DNA of 64,000 nucleotides from Salisapilia sapeloensis CBS 127946. Taxonomy: Eukaryota; Protista; Oomycota. Shown piece by piece: positions 34,630 through 45,066 of this stretch. Under the pieces are notes generated by a model. That model was not told where the DNA came from, made no database searches, and worked only from the letters and a program-made list of their open reading frames with translations. Positions within the stretch are counted from its first letter, which is position 1. Every line of letters starts with the position of its first letter. The stretch covers positions 74,626 through 138,625 of the forward strand of contig JAADVB010000015.1 of the NCBI GenBank assembly GCA_023334545.1, in the 5' to 3' direction. The translations under genes were made by a program, and so were the position numbers.

Positions 34630-34659
34630 TCGGAAATGAAACCTCTTTGTTGTTGAAAG

Positions 34660-35273
34660 TTAGCGTCGAGATGCGTTCTTGCGGACCGTATTTAGATTGT
34701 ACCCCCAAATACCGACGATGAGGAGAGGAACTGCCAGCAGAGACAGGCCTTGGGACTTGGGAGGAAGCTTGGTGGAACGCATGGCCTTGCGCTCTGATAG
34801 CGTGGTGGCACGACGGCCGTTGTGCTGCAGTCCGCCAGCTCTGGACTGATGGTAGTGGGCGGTCGTGAAGCGTTCATAGTCGTTCAGGCCACGCAACATG
34901 TGGTTCACATCCTCTCCTGTCAGAGGCTTGTAGTCGTTGTCCTTGGAAATGTCCAGGTCTGGATTGCCTGTGGCTCCGAACATTTGCATGTCGTACTTAA
35001 GTCGAGCAGAGGAGTCTCCGAGGACGTCATACGCTTCTCCGATACGGTGGAATTCAGACTCTCCTGTCTAAAGACAAGTGCATTAGTGTTTGTCAAATGG
35101 AGAGCACGAGGAACTCGACGTACCTTGTCCGCAAGCTGCTTTCGATCATCCGTTACTCGGTCGGGATGGTGTTCGAGTGCTAGTTTTCGGTACGCATCCT
35201 TGATCTGGTCGGTCGTGGCGCTCCTGGAGACGCCCAAGACAGCGTAGTAGTCTGGTGTATTGTTACTCATCAC
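34660..35273 (-). CDS. Small DnaJ (type III) protein with a C-terminal TM helix, one intron
   Basis: DYYAVLGV...[15 protein letters not shown], then after the intron [19 protein letters not shown]. The hydrophobic [16 protein letters not shown] lies near the C-terminus. Confidence 0.88.
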
Positions 35274-35909
35274 GAGAGGAGTGGTGCTAAAGTCGAACGG
35301 AGGAGCTCAGGAGATAGCTCGTGGTGGTTCTCTATCCGGTGCTCTAAATTTTGGTACGCGTACCGACTGCTAAGAAAAGAGACGTTTTCTTAAAGAAATT
35401 TGGCAAAGTGTCTTGTGCTGATAGGACGCCCACGAGCGATAATCTGTGAGCTTTTTACCAAATTGGAAAGGAGAAGATGACGGTAAAGAGGTTTTAAATG
35501 TCGGGTGACAGCAAGCCCTGGAAACTCTCGGCGTTGGTGACACAAGAGTACTTGACTGCATACGAGTATAGGCCCTCCTTTGTCAAGCTGAAACTCAGAT
35601 AAGCAGCATAACTTCAACCAAACGATGCCATTCTGAAGCGAGATAGGGACATTCAGATCGTCTCATACTTTACTAAGCGCTAGTAAAGTTCTTTTGATCG
35701 ACCGAAGTAGTCGTGCGTGAGCAGCACACATGTCAGGCGCGTTGCTCGGTAGTACCTTGTGATCAGGAGGACCAAGAGCTCATTTATGTCAAATGACACA
35801 TTCCAAGTAGCTGAAATGAAAGCTACCTGAATGCTTAAACGACGCAAGTAAAAGTCCTTTCATGTGCGATTTATAGTACTTGTAATTTTAAAGTGGCAAA
35901 ATCATCAAG

Positions 35910-37405
35910 CTAGACGTGGAACTTTTCATCCTTTTCCCTTGTCTCTTCAGGCCCTGTCAAGTGCCGCTGCGTTCCATCACAAGACACATGAACAATTACA
36001 GGATCTCAGTCTCAAGATAAGATGAATACCTTTAGGTAGTACTGCAGCTGCTCCTTCATGTTGGCCAACGACACCGTCTCTTCACTTGAAAACTAGACAG
36101 AGTTAAGTGTCTCGGAGGTGGTTTCAGAAGATAGAGGAGCGCACCGATGGTCGAGAGTCACTCGGGGAGGAGCTAGCGGTGGACTGCGTATCATCGCTGC
36201 TGGACAAGTGCCTCTCCTTGCTCATCTTGTCATTTCCCTCCAGCTTGGACCACAAGAGTAGCTGCTTGTGGAAAGCTCTGTCTTCATGCGTAAAAATTCG
36301 CTTGCTTTAGTTTTATACAAAAGAAGTGTTACGCTTGCGGATTTTCCTCGTTCGCTGGAAGATGTTCCAGTTCCGACATGCCAGATCCCTCGATCTCACT
36401 TCTCTCCTTCTGCTCATGCACAACGTCAAATTCTGTATTGTGAATCAATTTTAAGATAGGACGGACTCGAGAAGTAGGCAACGGAGCCGACTCTTGTCTC
36501 CCGAACATTGGTCGAGCTCCTTTCGGGATAAATATGACCTACTCCACCTTGTTAGCTACGTCATTTAAAGTGAAGATATGGTCAGCGTACTCGAATGTTG
36601 TCGAGGGTCGAGTCATCCACGCAGTAGACGTTGACACCGACGCAGTCTGGCTGGCTGGGGTCGAACTGGAAGATGTGGATGCCTATGACCGAAAATGAAC
36701 ACCATGCTCTATAAAAATAAAACAGAGGCCGACATACCACACTTGGCGCAGAAACAGTGCTGACAGCCAGAGCTTTTGGATTCGTAGAGAGAAATCTCTG
36801 GCGCCTCCAGCATCTCAAAGCACGAGGTAGGAGCGATCTATTCAGCACACAAAGATCGAATTAGATCCTGTATATACAATTATGGAAACCAAACGGACAA
36901 GATAGGGGAAGCGACCCTTTTTGCAGGACAAGGTGTTGCTGTCGTCAAAAGCCTCGACGCTCTTGGGCGCCAGGATCTGGAAACTATCTCTAGCGTCAGT
37001 TGCGCATCTAGTCTAGTCCAGAGAAGATAGCGGTACCATAAAGCGCCACAGTCACAGCTACCACTGTGCTGGAAGAGAGGGAGTGTTGCTCGAGTGTACT
37101 TGCGTCTGCAAGATCGACAACGACGACGGTTAGACAAAAGATACGATAAGAGCATTATAATACCAACATACTGGTGGTACGCATCGGCAGTCATCGTTCC
37201 GTCATACTCTTCCCACTTGCTCTTTCCAGTGGTGCGTCGGATGAGCTCTCGGACCTAAAGATCAGGTTGTGCGTCAGTTCCACTCGACCAAAAGATCTAC
37301 AGGCAAGACATGCGAGTCACAACGTACCATCAATATGCCGACGCCCAGGACGATGGTCGACAGGGCCCCGATGGCTCTGTCCACTTCTCGTGCCATGCCT
37401 CCCAT
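35910..37405 (-). CDS. CENP-V/GFA-family protein with an N-terminal TM helix, about 8-9 short introns (3' exons uncertain)
   Basis: Not in the ORF track. Manual splicing gives MGGMAREVDRAIGALSTIVLGVGILM|VRELIRR...|...HSGSCDCGAL|CFQILAPKSVEAFDDSNTLSCKKGRFPYL|IAPTSCF...QHCFCAKC|GIHIFQFDPSQPDCVGVNVYCVD, which is collinear with the CENP-V/GFA fold. Confidence 0.75.
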
Positions 37406-37574
37406 CGGACGACGAGAATTCGGCCGGTGGCTTGGATTGTGCTGTCTACAAAACACCCGGCCGCACCATTCTTTTCCCAAGTGTCCAGGACTGAGTACAC
37501 TTTATTAGGACAACAACACAAAGATACACAGTAAAGTGAGATACGACGGCACGAGAGACACGGCTTACTTAATC

Positions 37575-39008
37575 TTATAGTTGAAAGCCAAAGGAGAAGG
37601 AAGCTGACTGAGGTTCCGCCACCAGCTTCTCCCACTTGCTCTTCCGGCTCTCTTCCTCCTCCGAAAGCTCCCTACAAACTCTATCGTACGCTTCCGGAAG
37701 ACGATCCTGCAGCGCTGCCTCGAAGGACGTTGGCAACTCCTTCCGCTGCTCCAGATGGTCAAACCCAGACACTTGGTCTGGTTTGTCCCGTAGAAACCGC
37801 ACGACGCTCTTCAAGTTGGCCGACGAGACGTAGTTCTGCGTGATGGCGACGCTTTCCTCCAGATTCAGAACCAAGTGCCACCAGTTGTGCGGAACAAAGA
37901 CCATCTCGCCTTCGCCACAGACGCACTCGATCGGCTGCTTGTCTTTCGGAAGCTTCTCCGCCTGTCGGTAGAAAGTCACGAACCACTCCATGAGCGACAC
38001 TGGCGTCGAAACGTCGCTTAGGTCTTCGTTCGGGTGCACGCCAGGAGGAATGATCTCTGGCGGAAACATTATCCACTTCTTCTTGCCTCTCAACACGGCG
38101 TTCCAGGCATTCGTAGAGTTCGGGTCGATGTGAAAGGTGGATCCAGACCGCTCGGGACCGATGATGAGCCAGCGAAAGAACGGACGACTGTCTCCTAGTA
38201 AATGGAACAAGTCTTCCTGGAAGTAGGACGGGACACTGTAGTCCTCTCCTAGCTGCGGAGCCTTGGAGGCAAAGTAGCGGTCGAATATAAACAAAGGCTG
38301 ATCATCTTTCAAAGTGCGACTGTACTCGAGGTACTTTTCCATACTCATCTGGTATCCTCCAGCCGAATACGTCTTGCCTCTAGAAGCAGTTGCAAGGTAC
38401 TCGTCCGTCCACTTTTGTGCTGCTGGCCATTTCGAAACACAATTTTGAATGAGCACAGGTCGGTTCGGAATCTCATATTCCTTTCGGAACTGCTCAACAG
38501 TAAAGTCGTCTGCATTAATACGGTCCATATTGTCTTTTCGAACCCACTTTTCAGCCACTGGCACCTTGGCGCAGTAGAAAGATTGAAACAAAAGGTCTGA
38601 ATAAAAGCCTGGGAAGGACAACGGACGGGCTAGCGGCACATCCGTCCTCTTTGTTTTGGACGCAATATAGCTGTCTCGCCATGTTGGCCGGACGCAAAAG
38701 TCTCCTTGAAATTCTTCGAGCGTTAGCACTCGCCACAGCTCGTCATGGCGGCTGAAAATGTAGCACGCACGGCTGCATTGACCTAGTGTATCCAGGTCTT
38801 TGGCGGACAAACAATTCAACAAACTCAAGAGATATAAGTCGTCAACGCACGCAAGTCTGCCCAGGCCTGGTGTGCGGCATTCCACGATGCCTCGGTCTTG
38901 GTCGGCAAAGTAGTGTCCGAGAGGCTGGACACCGTACGGATGCGTTAGTCGCGTGTCCTCTGTTTTCTGTCTTTTGGGTGCGTTGTCGCTAGAGTCTGCA
39001 GGCGCCAT
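37575..39008 (-). CDS. F-box-like plus JmjC dioxygenase (JMJD6-like)
   Basis: F-box-like LACVDDLYLLSLLNCL...LW segment; RWLIIGPERSGSTFHIDP (HxD), WNAV, KKWIMFPP, FVPHNWWHLVLN (distal His) and AITQNY. Confidence 0.92.
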   Translation of the reverse strand: MAPADSSDNAPKRQKTEDTRLTHPYGVQPLGHYFADQDRGIVECRTPGLGRLACVDDLYLLSLLNCLSAKDLDTLGQCSRACYIFSRHDELWRVLTLEEFQGDFCVRPTWRDSYIASKTKRTDVPLARPLSFPGFYSDLLFQSFYCAKVPVAEKWVRKDNMDRINADDFTVEQFRKEYEIPNRPVLIQNCVSKWPAAQKWTDEYLATASRGKTYSAGGYQMSMEKYLEYSRTLKDDQPLFIFDRYFASKAPQLGEDYSVPSYFQEDLFHLLGDSRPFFRWLIIGPERSGSTFHIDPNSTNAWNAVLRGKKKWIMFPPEIIPPGVHPNEDLSDVSTPVSLMEWFVTFYRQAEKLPKDKQPIECVCGEGEMVFVPHNWWHLVLNLEESVAITQNYVSSANLKSVVRFLRDKPDQVSGFDHLEQRKELPTSFEAALQDRLPEAYDRVCRELSEEEESRKSKWEKLVAEPQSASFSFGFQL

Positions 39009-39389
39009 GGCAATTCGTCCGCTAGAGCCTTGCAGCAAAGATGACGAAGTGGTTGTTTGCTTGGTTGTCTTTCGGTACCTTCATGCAACCTTCCGAGTTT
39101 TAAATGCGATAAGAATCAGATTGGTATCTGTTAATTGAGTCACTTGGAAATACTTTTCTCTAGTCGAACGTGGAAAGAATAAGCACGAGTACCGACAAGT
39201 CGCTTCTTGCGCACCTTATTTGAGCTAGATCGCACAATTGACTGCGTGCCTGCAAAGCATTCGACTTACGGCGCGTTGCAAAACGCAGCCATTCGGAAAC
39301 GTATCAATTATAAATGCCGAATCACATCCGAATTTTTGCAACAAATTCAAGCACTAACTTATTTCTCATCTCACGACCGAGGTGCGAGC

Positions 39390-42002
39390 ATGGGGACGCA
39401 GCATGTAGACTCTTCACTCCGCATGGACTTGCTTGCAGAGACGTCTACAAATGAAAACCAAGTGCCTGATGCTGCAAGTGATTCGAGTCGACACACAGAA
39501 GACAGCACGGTCGATTGTTTCAACTATCATCCGTACGCCTTACCACCTTCGATTGCTTTCCACGCATACTCTGTCGATGATACTGACTCCTTTGCCTTGC
39601 ACAGTGTCTTTCAGATCATGATGGACCGCCGGAACCAACGTCGCTATAAAGGTGTTTACAGACAAGTACGTCGACGAATGTATCAGGACAAGAGACACGT
39701 CTTCTAATTGCTGTGATGACATAGTACTCGACACAGCAAAAGTGGATTACATGGATTCTCGTCATCTACGTCGTCCTGGTTTTCACTGGAGATATTTTAA
39801 CTTCGTGGGGTATGCTTCTCTATATATCAGGTGTTCTGGATGGAGACTGATGGATGTTCTCACCAGCGCTGGACCATGAGATCACGATCGAGCGTCTGCT
39901 ACTGACGGTCGGATGCGTCATCATCGCCTTTATTGCAGCTAGAGTACGTTTTAAAGCCTTCAATCTGGTTACAGGTGCACTGACGTGAGCATACGTGTAG
40001 CTAGCTTTGGTGATCCGGTGGATGCTCTACTGGGTTATAGTGGCAGAGATGCTGACCCTGGTCATCACGAACGACATCAAGGCTCTTTTCTGGCTTGCCG
40101 ACGACATCCCAGAGAGCCAGCGCATTGCCCGCAATACCGTGTGGGTCTCGCTCATTGTCCTCGAGTGTCTAACAGTCATCTTCCACTTTGTCACGCACTA
40201 CCTCTACCCATGGGTGGGTCGGCAGCACTGGATCGACCCAACCGTCTGGTGGCGGATCACTCCTCATCGGTCCGAAATGCATACGCTCGAGTACAGTGCA
40301 AACCTGTCTCCTCTCGTCTTCTGTACTTCCAACCAACGGGCTGTCGTTCAGTACTGTGGCGGCTTGGACGACGAGAACAGGCCGCACGGCTTTGGTATCT
40401 GGAGAGACAGCAGCTTCCACGGAGAGCACCTGCATGGACAGTGGGAGCACGGTCGACCGATTGGGCCGTTCCAAAGTCGAGAGCACGGAAGTGGGTACTG
40501 CTTTGCTAGTCTCCGCATCGCATACGCGCATAACCGAGCAGAGAGTAAGCCGGATGAAGTGTTGATGTTCCCAAAGCATGCCAAGGAGCTCGGGTGGGGA
40601 GTCACGAGCGTCGAGTGTTCCATATCTGGCGGCTTCTTCTCCTTCCTTCCTCAAGTAAAGCACCTAACGCCGTGGAACGGAACCGTGAAGACGTCCGTAT
40701 CGTCTATTAATCTACTGGACACTCCAACCAAAGCTGAAGACTGTGTGCCTGTGCTCAAGTCACCGATGGATCAGTTGCGAGAAGAGGAGGCGCGTGTCAT
40801 CACGAGACCCTTGTCGAGCGCCAATGTCCGGGTGAACACGAATGAAGCGCTTGTCTTTATTCACGGGTACAACTGTCCTCTGGACTATGGCATCTCGAGA
40901 CTCGGCCAGTTGCTAGCTTTAGGAGACTTTCCCCCGACTTTGCATCCATTCGTCTTCAGCTGGCCCACGGCTGCCACCCTCACCTACTTTCCAGGTATTC
41001 ATTATGGATTGCCACAGTTTGATCGATGATTGACGAAAGAGTAGCCAAGAGCATCGGATGTGAGAGCGAACAAACGGCCAAGGACTTTGCCACGTTCTTG
41101 CGGAGCATCGTGGACGCTGGCTATGGCAGGATCCATGTCTTGACGCACTCGATCGGAGCTCGCGTCTACTTTGCGTCGCTCATGAGGGACTACTTGGACC
41201 CTGTCTTTAAGGTACGTTGGTATCATGCTTGTTCATGGACTCGAATGCTGACGAGTGTGATTGGCGTAGGACCTGGATGCAGGCGAGATGGATGAGAAAA
41301 AGGCAGAATTGGCCACGTTGACGCTGGTGAATGCAGACTACCCGCAGGTGGACTTTGTCAAGCGAGGAGGAGCGTTCGACAAGAGTCACCGCTTCTGCCA
41401 CCACATTACTGTCTACGGAGACCGACGAGACGGGGCACTCGTGTACTCGGAGTGGCTCTCTCGTGCGCACTTGCTTGACATTCCTATCTATACTATTGGC
41501 AAACACGTCGGCAAGCTTCGACGGCCAGCGACTGCTAGATCAGACAGCACCGAATCAAGTCCGGACGAAGGACGAGTGACCCAGTGGCGGAAGCGACATC
41601 GGACAGCAGGGCCCTTTGACAATTCTCGACTCGATACGGATGCGGCGTTCATGAACCAAAGGGGCGTGTTTAGCGGTGTGGCTAAGTACGCGTACAATGC
41701 GCCACGAAACGGCGAAGAAGCCTCCAATGAAGACGAGATCCTGGACATGGATGTAGTGGATACGACCTGGATGGACAACAACGTCCACAATTTGCGGCAC
41801 AACTACTTTAATCTGAACCCGACCATGGTAACTTGTATGCGTTAGTGACATGTATGCATTGAAGCTAATAAATGTGTAGGTGGAAGACTTGCGCCACGTG
41901 ATCGTGAATCGCCGACGAGCGAAAGAACGGTCTGGATTGCTTGCAGTGGAAGGCAACATTCACATCTTCCTCGTCGCCCCTGCGCATGTAAAGAACGCCT
42001 AG
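39390..42002 (+). CDS. Multi-TM protein with a MORN-like segment and a DUF900-type alpha/beta hydrolase, multi-exon
   Basis: Four hydrophobic helices at ~39740-40200; GGLDDENRPHGFGIWRD..HGEHLHGQWEHGRPIGPF; FIHGYN, FSWP, THSIGAR, and D..AL..SE. TAG 42000-42002. Confidence 0.82.
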
Positions 42003-42329
42003 AACTCTAATAGAATCTCTGTTTGAATTATGTTACTCTGCATCCTCCCTCTTCCATCCATGCTTCTTATCGCCATCTAGGCGGCACAGAGTCCTTCTCT
42101 CCCATGTCAGGACCGTAGGACCATATCCGCGTCTTAGTCCACTTTCGTTTCTCCTAACCGTTATCAACTCCCATACTGAAGTCAGTACAAACGGATGGTT
42201 AAAAGAAAAGTTTGAGTCTCCCGCGTTCCAGCCATTTCATTTCCTTTTCCGCACCGTCGAGAGCAAGTGCCATCACAACACTTTCTTTCGCTTCCACCGC
42301 AAGTCGAAAACCACTAGACACACTCCAAC

Positions 42330-43694
42330 ATGCGTGAAATCATCTCCGTCCACCTCGGCCAGGGAGGCATCCAGGTCGGCAACTCGTGCTGGGAACTCTA
42401 CTGCCTTGAACACGGCATCCAGCCCGATGGACAGGTCGTGACCGAGAAGGGCGTTGGCGATGAGGACGACACGGCATTCTCCACCTTCTTCTCCGAAACC
42501 GGCTCTGGCCGATACGTTCCCCGCGCGGTCTTTGTCGACCTTGAGCCTGGTGTCTGTGACGAAGTCCGCACCGGTGCCTACCGCCAGCTCTACCACCCGG
42601 AGCAGCTTATCTCTGGAAAGGAAGACGCGGCCAACAACTACGCGCGTGGTCACTACACCATCGGTAAGGAAGTCGTCGATCTCGTGCTCGACCGTATCCG
42701 TAAGCTTGCGGACAACTGCACTGGTCTCCAGGGCTTCCTCGTCTTCAACGCTGTCGGTGGTGGCACCGGATCTGGTCTCGGATCCCTCCTCTTGGAGCGT
42801 TTGAGTGTCGACTATGGTCGCAAGAGTAAGCTCGGATTCACGATCTACCCATCGCCGCAGGTGTCCACGGCCGTCGTCGAGCCTTACAACTCGGTGCTGT
42901 CGACCCACGCTCTGCTCGAGCACACTGATGTTGCCATCATGTTGGACAACGAAGCCATCTACGACATTTGCCGTCGTCAACTCGACATTGGCCACCCGTC
43001 GTACACGAACTTAAACCGTTTGATTGCCCAAGTCATTTCGTCTCTGACGACGTCCTTGCGCTTCGACGGTTCCCTCAATGTGGATATCACCGAGTTCCAG
43101 ACGAACTTGGTGCCATACCCGCGCATCCACTTTATGCTTTCGTCGTATGCTCCGGTCATCTCGGCCGAAAAGGCGTACCACGAGCAGCTATCTGTCGCTG
43201 AAATTACCGCCAGCGCCTTTGAGCCCGCGAACATGATGGCCAAGTGTGATCCTCGTCACGGCAAGTACATGGCTACGTGCCTCATGTACCGTGGTGACGT
43301 TGTCCCGAAGGACGTCAACGCCGCCGTTGCGTCGATCAAGACGAAGCGTACGATCCAGTTTGTCGACTGGTGCCCGACAGGCTTCAAGTGTGGTATCAAC
43401 TTCCAGCCACCGACGGTGGTTCCGGGAGCTGATCTCGCTCGTGTGCAGCGTGCCGTGTGCATGATCTCGAACACGAGTGCGATTGCCGAGGTCTTCTCAC
43501 GCATCGATCACAAGTTCGACCTGATGTACTCGAAGCGTGCGTTCGTCCACTGGTACGTTGGCGAAGGTATGGAAGAAGGAGAGTTCTCGGAGGCTCGTGA
43601 GGACCTGGCTGCGCTCGAGAAGGACTACGAGGAGGTCAGCGCCGAGACTGCGGAAGGCGACGGCGAGGAAGACGACTTTGGTGAGGAGTACTAG
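42330..43694 (+). CDS. TUBA: Alpha-tubulin (divergent paralogue, 454 aa, intronless)
   Basis: MREI start, [22 protein letters not shown] and the C-terminal EEY. Confidence 0.98.
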   Translation: MREIISVHLGQGGIQVGNSCWELYCLEHGIQPDGQVVTEKGVGDEDDTAFSTFFSETGSGRYVPRAVFVDLEPGVCDEVRTGAYRQLYHPEQLISGKEDAANNYARGHYTIGKEVVDLVLDRIRKLADNCTGLQGFLVFNAVGGGTGSGLGSLLLERLSVDYGRKSKLGFTIYPSPQVSTAVVEPYNSVLSTHALLEHTDVAIMLDNEAIYDICRRQLDIGHPSYTNLNRLIAQVISSLTTSLRFDGSLNVDITEFQTNLVPYPRIHFMLSSYAPVISAEKAYHEQLSVAEITASAFEPANMMAKCDPRHGKYMATCLMYRGDVVPKDVNAAVASIKTKRTIQFVDWCPTGFKCGINFQPPTVVPGADLARVQRAVCMISNTSAIAEVFSRIDHKFDLMYSKRAFVHWYVGEGMEEGEFSEAREDLAALEKDYEEVSAETAEGDGEEDDFGEEY

Positions 43695-43965
43695 GTCGGT
43701 TTCGCACCATCAGTAACCAGTTGCATGTATTTGCGAGAGAGAAAGAATGAGCAGGATGAATTTGGCAAAGATGCAAGTGTATTTTTGTGTTTTCGTTTCG
43801 TAGATACCAAAGGTCGTGGAGAGTACTAGCTCCGAGAGGGAATGCAGGAGAGGGTGGAAAACTGGGACGCTAGTGGAGGTGTAAAATCTTGGAGTCAGGT
43901 CGTTCGGACCGCTGCCGTCACCCAAGACGGATAGCAGCTTAAATACCTCTTCGTTCGGCGGTGCT

Positions 43966-45066
43966 CTAGACGAGGCAGCCGTAGTCGGGCGAAATGTGGC
44001 AAAAGATGTCGTCGAAGAGCGTCCCGGTCTCGGCAAAGTGGTCCTCTCCATCGTGCACCGGCCGAACGTCTTCGTACTTCATCTCGGTCGGCATGAAGTC
44101 ATGCTGGAGGTTCATGTTGTCCAACGCACAACCACTGGACGGGTGGTCGCCCATGCTCTCTTCTGGCGCGTCGTGCGGGTAGATGGCCATGGGCTTGGAC
44201 GAGTCCATCATCATCGAGTCCATAAAGTAAGGGTCGAAGGAGCCGTTGACCATGCGGTTGGGCTGGTATCGGAGGGTTACCGTCGGCACTTCTCCACCGT
44301 ACATGGGTTTCTGATACATGGGTCGACGCATGCGCATGTGAGGAGGCACTTGGAAGTCGCCGAATGACCGATCCGAGTCGGGGCTGATGCTGCAGTCTCC
44401 GAACGAAGCGCCGAAGCGACCTGTGGGTGAGCACTCGTCCGTGCTGTCGTCGTCGTCGTCAAAGGCGTGGGCGTTGATTCGACCGGAAGGATCGATGCCA
44501 TACGTCTCTGGGGACATAAGTTTGTCAAGCTGCTTCTTAAACGTCGTGTACTGGTACTGCTGCTTGTCGTTGAGAGCTCCTTGTTCTTTACACCGGTTCA
44601 GTTCGTGAAGACTGCGTTTGAGAGAGCGCACTTTTCGGTACGGCCAGTGACGGATGCCGATAGCGCGACAACGTTTCTTGAAGGCCGTAGCTCGGACGCC
44701 AAACTTTTCAGCGGCCACTTTGAGCGGCAGGTGGAAGTGGAGGCTGAAGGCCTCAAAGTTGCAGACGGGGTTCATGTGGAGCAACGACTTTCGCTGGCGC
44801 ATGGGCACGTGGGTCTGATGCGACGGCTGCGGCATCGAAAGCGGGGCATTGAAGTAGGGGGATCCCTCTAGGCACTCGGGCACAGGGATCGTGGCGAGGG
44901 ACAGCGAGTCCGTGGAGGACGAGACAGGCGCTTCAAGGCTTGACGTCTGCTGAAGATTCGGCGTCTCTTCAAGATCGCGAGCCGTCGACTCTGGCCGCGG
45001 CACCGTGTCCTCGATCTTAATCAGAGAGGAGCTGCTTGGAGCAGGGGAGGCAGCGGATTCGTGCAT
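43966..45066 (-). CDS. RWP-RK domain transcription factor
   Basis: FEAFSLHFHLPLKVAAEKFGVRATAFKKRCRAIGIRHWPYRKVRSL. First ATG at 45066; the track start at 45447 is a GTG. Confidence 0.9.
   Translation of the reverse strand: MHESAASPAPSSSSLIKIEDTVPRPESTARDLEETPNLQQTSSLEAPVSSSTDSLSLATIPVPECLEGSPYFNAPLSMPQPSHQTHVPMRQRKSLLHMNPVCNFEAFSLHFHLPLKVAAEKFGVRATAFKKRCRAIGIRHWPYRKVRSLKRSLHELNRCKEQGALNDKQQYQYTTFKKQLDKLMSPETYGIDPSGRINAHAFDDDDDSTDECSPTGRFGASFGDCSISPDSDRSFGDFQVPPHMRMRRPMYQKPMYGGEVPTVTLRYQPNRMVNGSFDPYFMDSMMMDSSKPMAIYPHDAPEESMGDHPSSGCALDNMNLQHDFMPTEMKYEDVRPVHDGEDHFAETGTLFDDIFCHISPDYGCLV

Noticed and set aside
42273-42995. 240-aa minus-strand ORF over alpha-tubulin (similar shadows at 23456-24130, 33780-34343, 58443-59276 and 47130-47732)
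   Set aside because: These are antisense shadow frames produced by strong codon bias in real genes, with no independent motifs.
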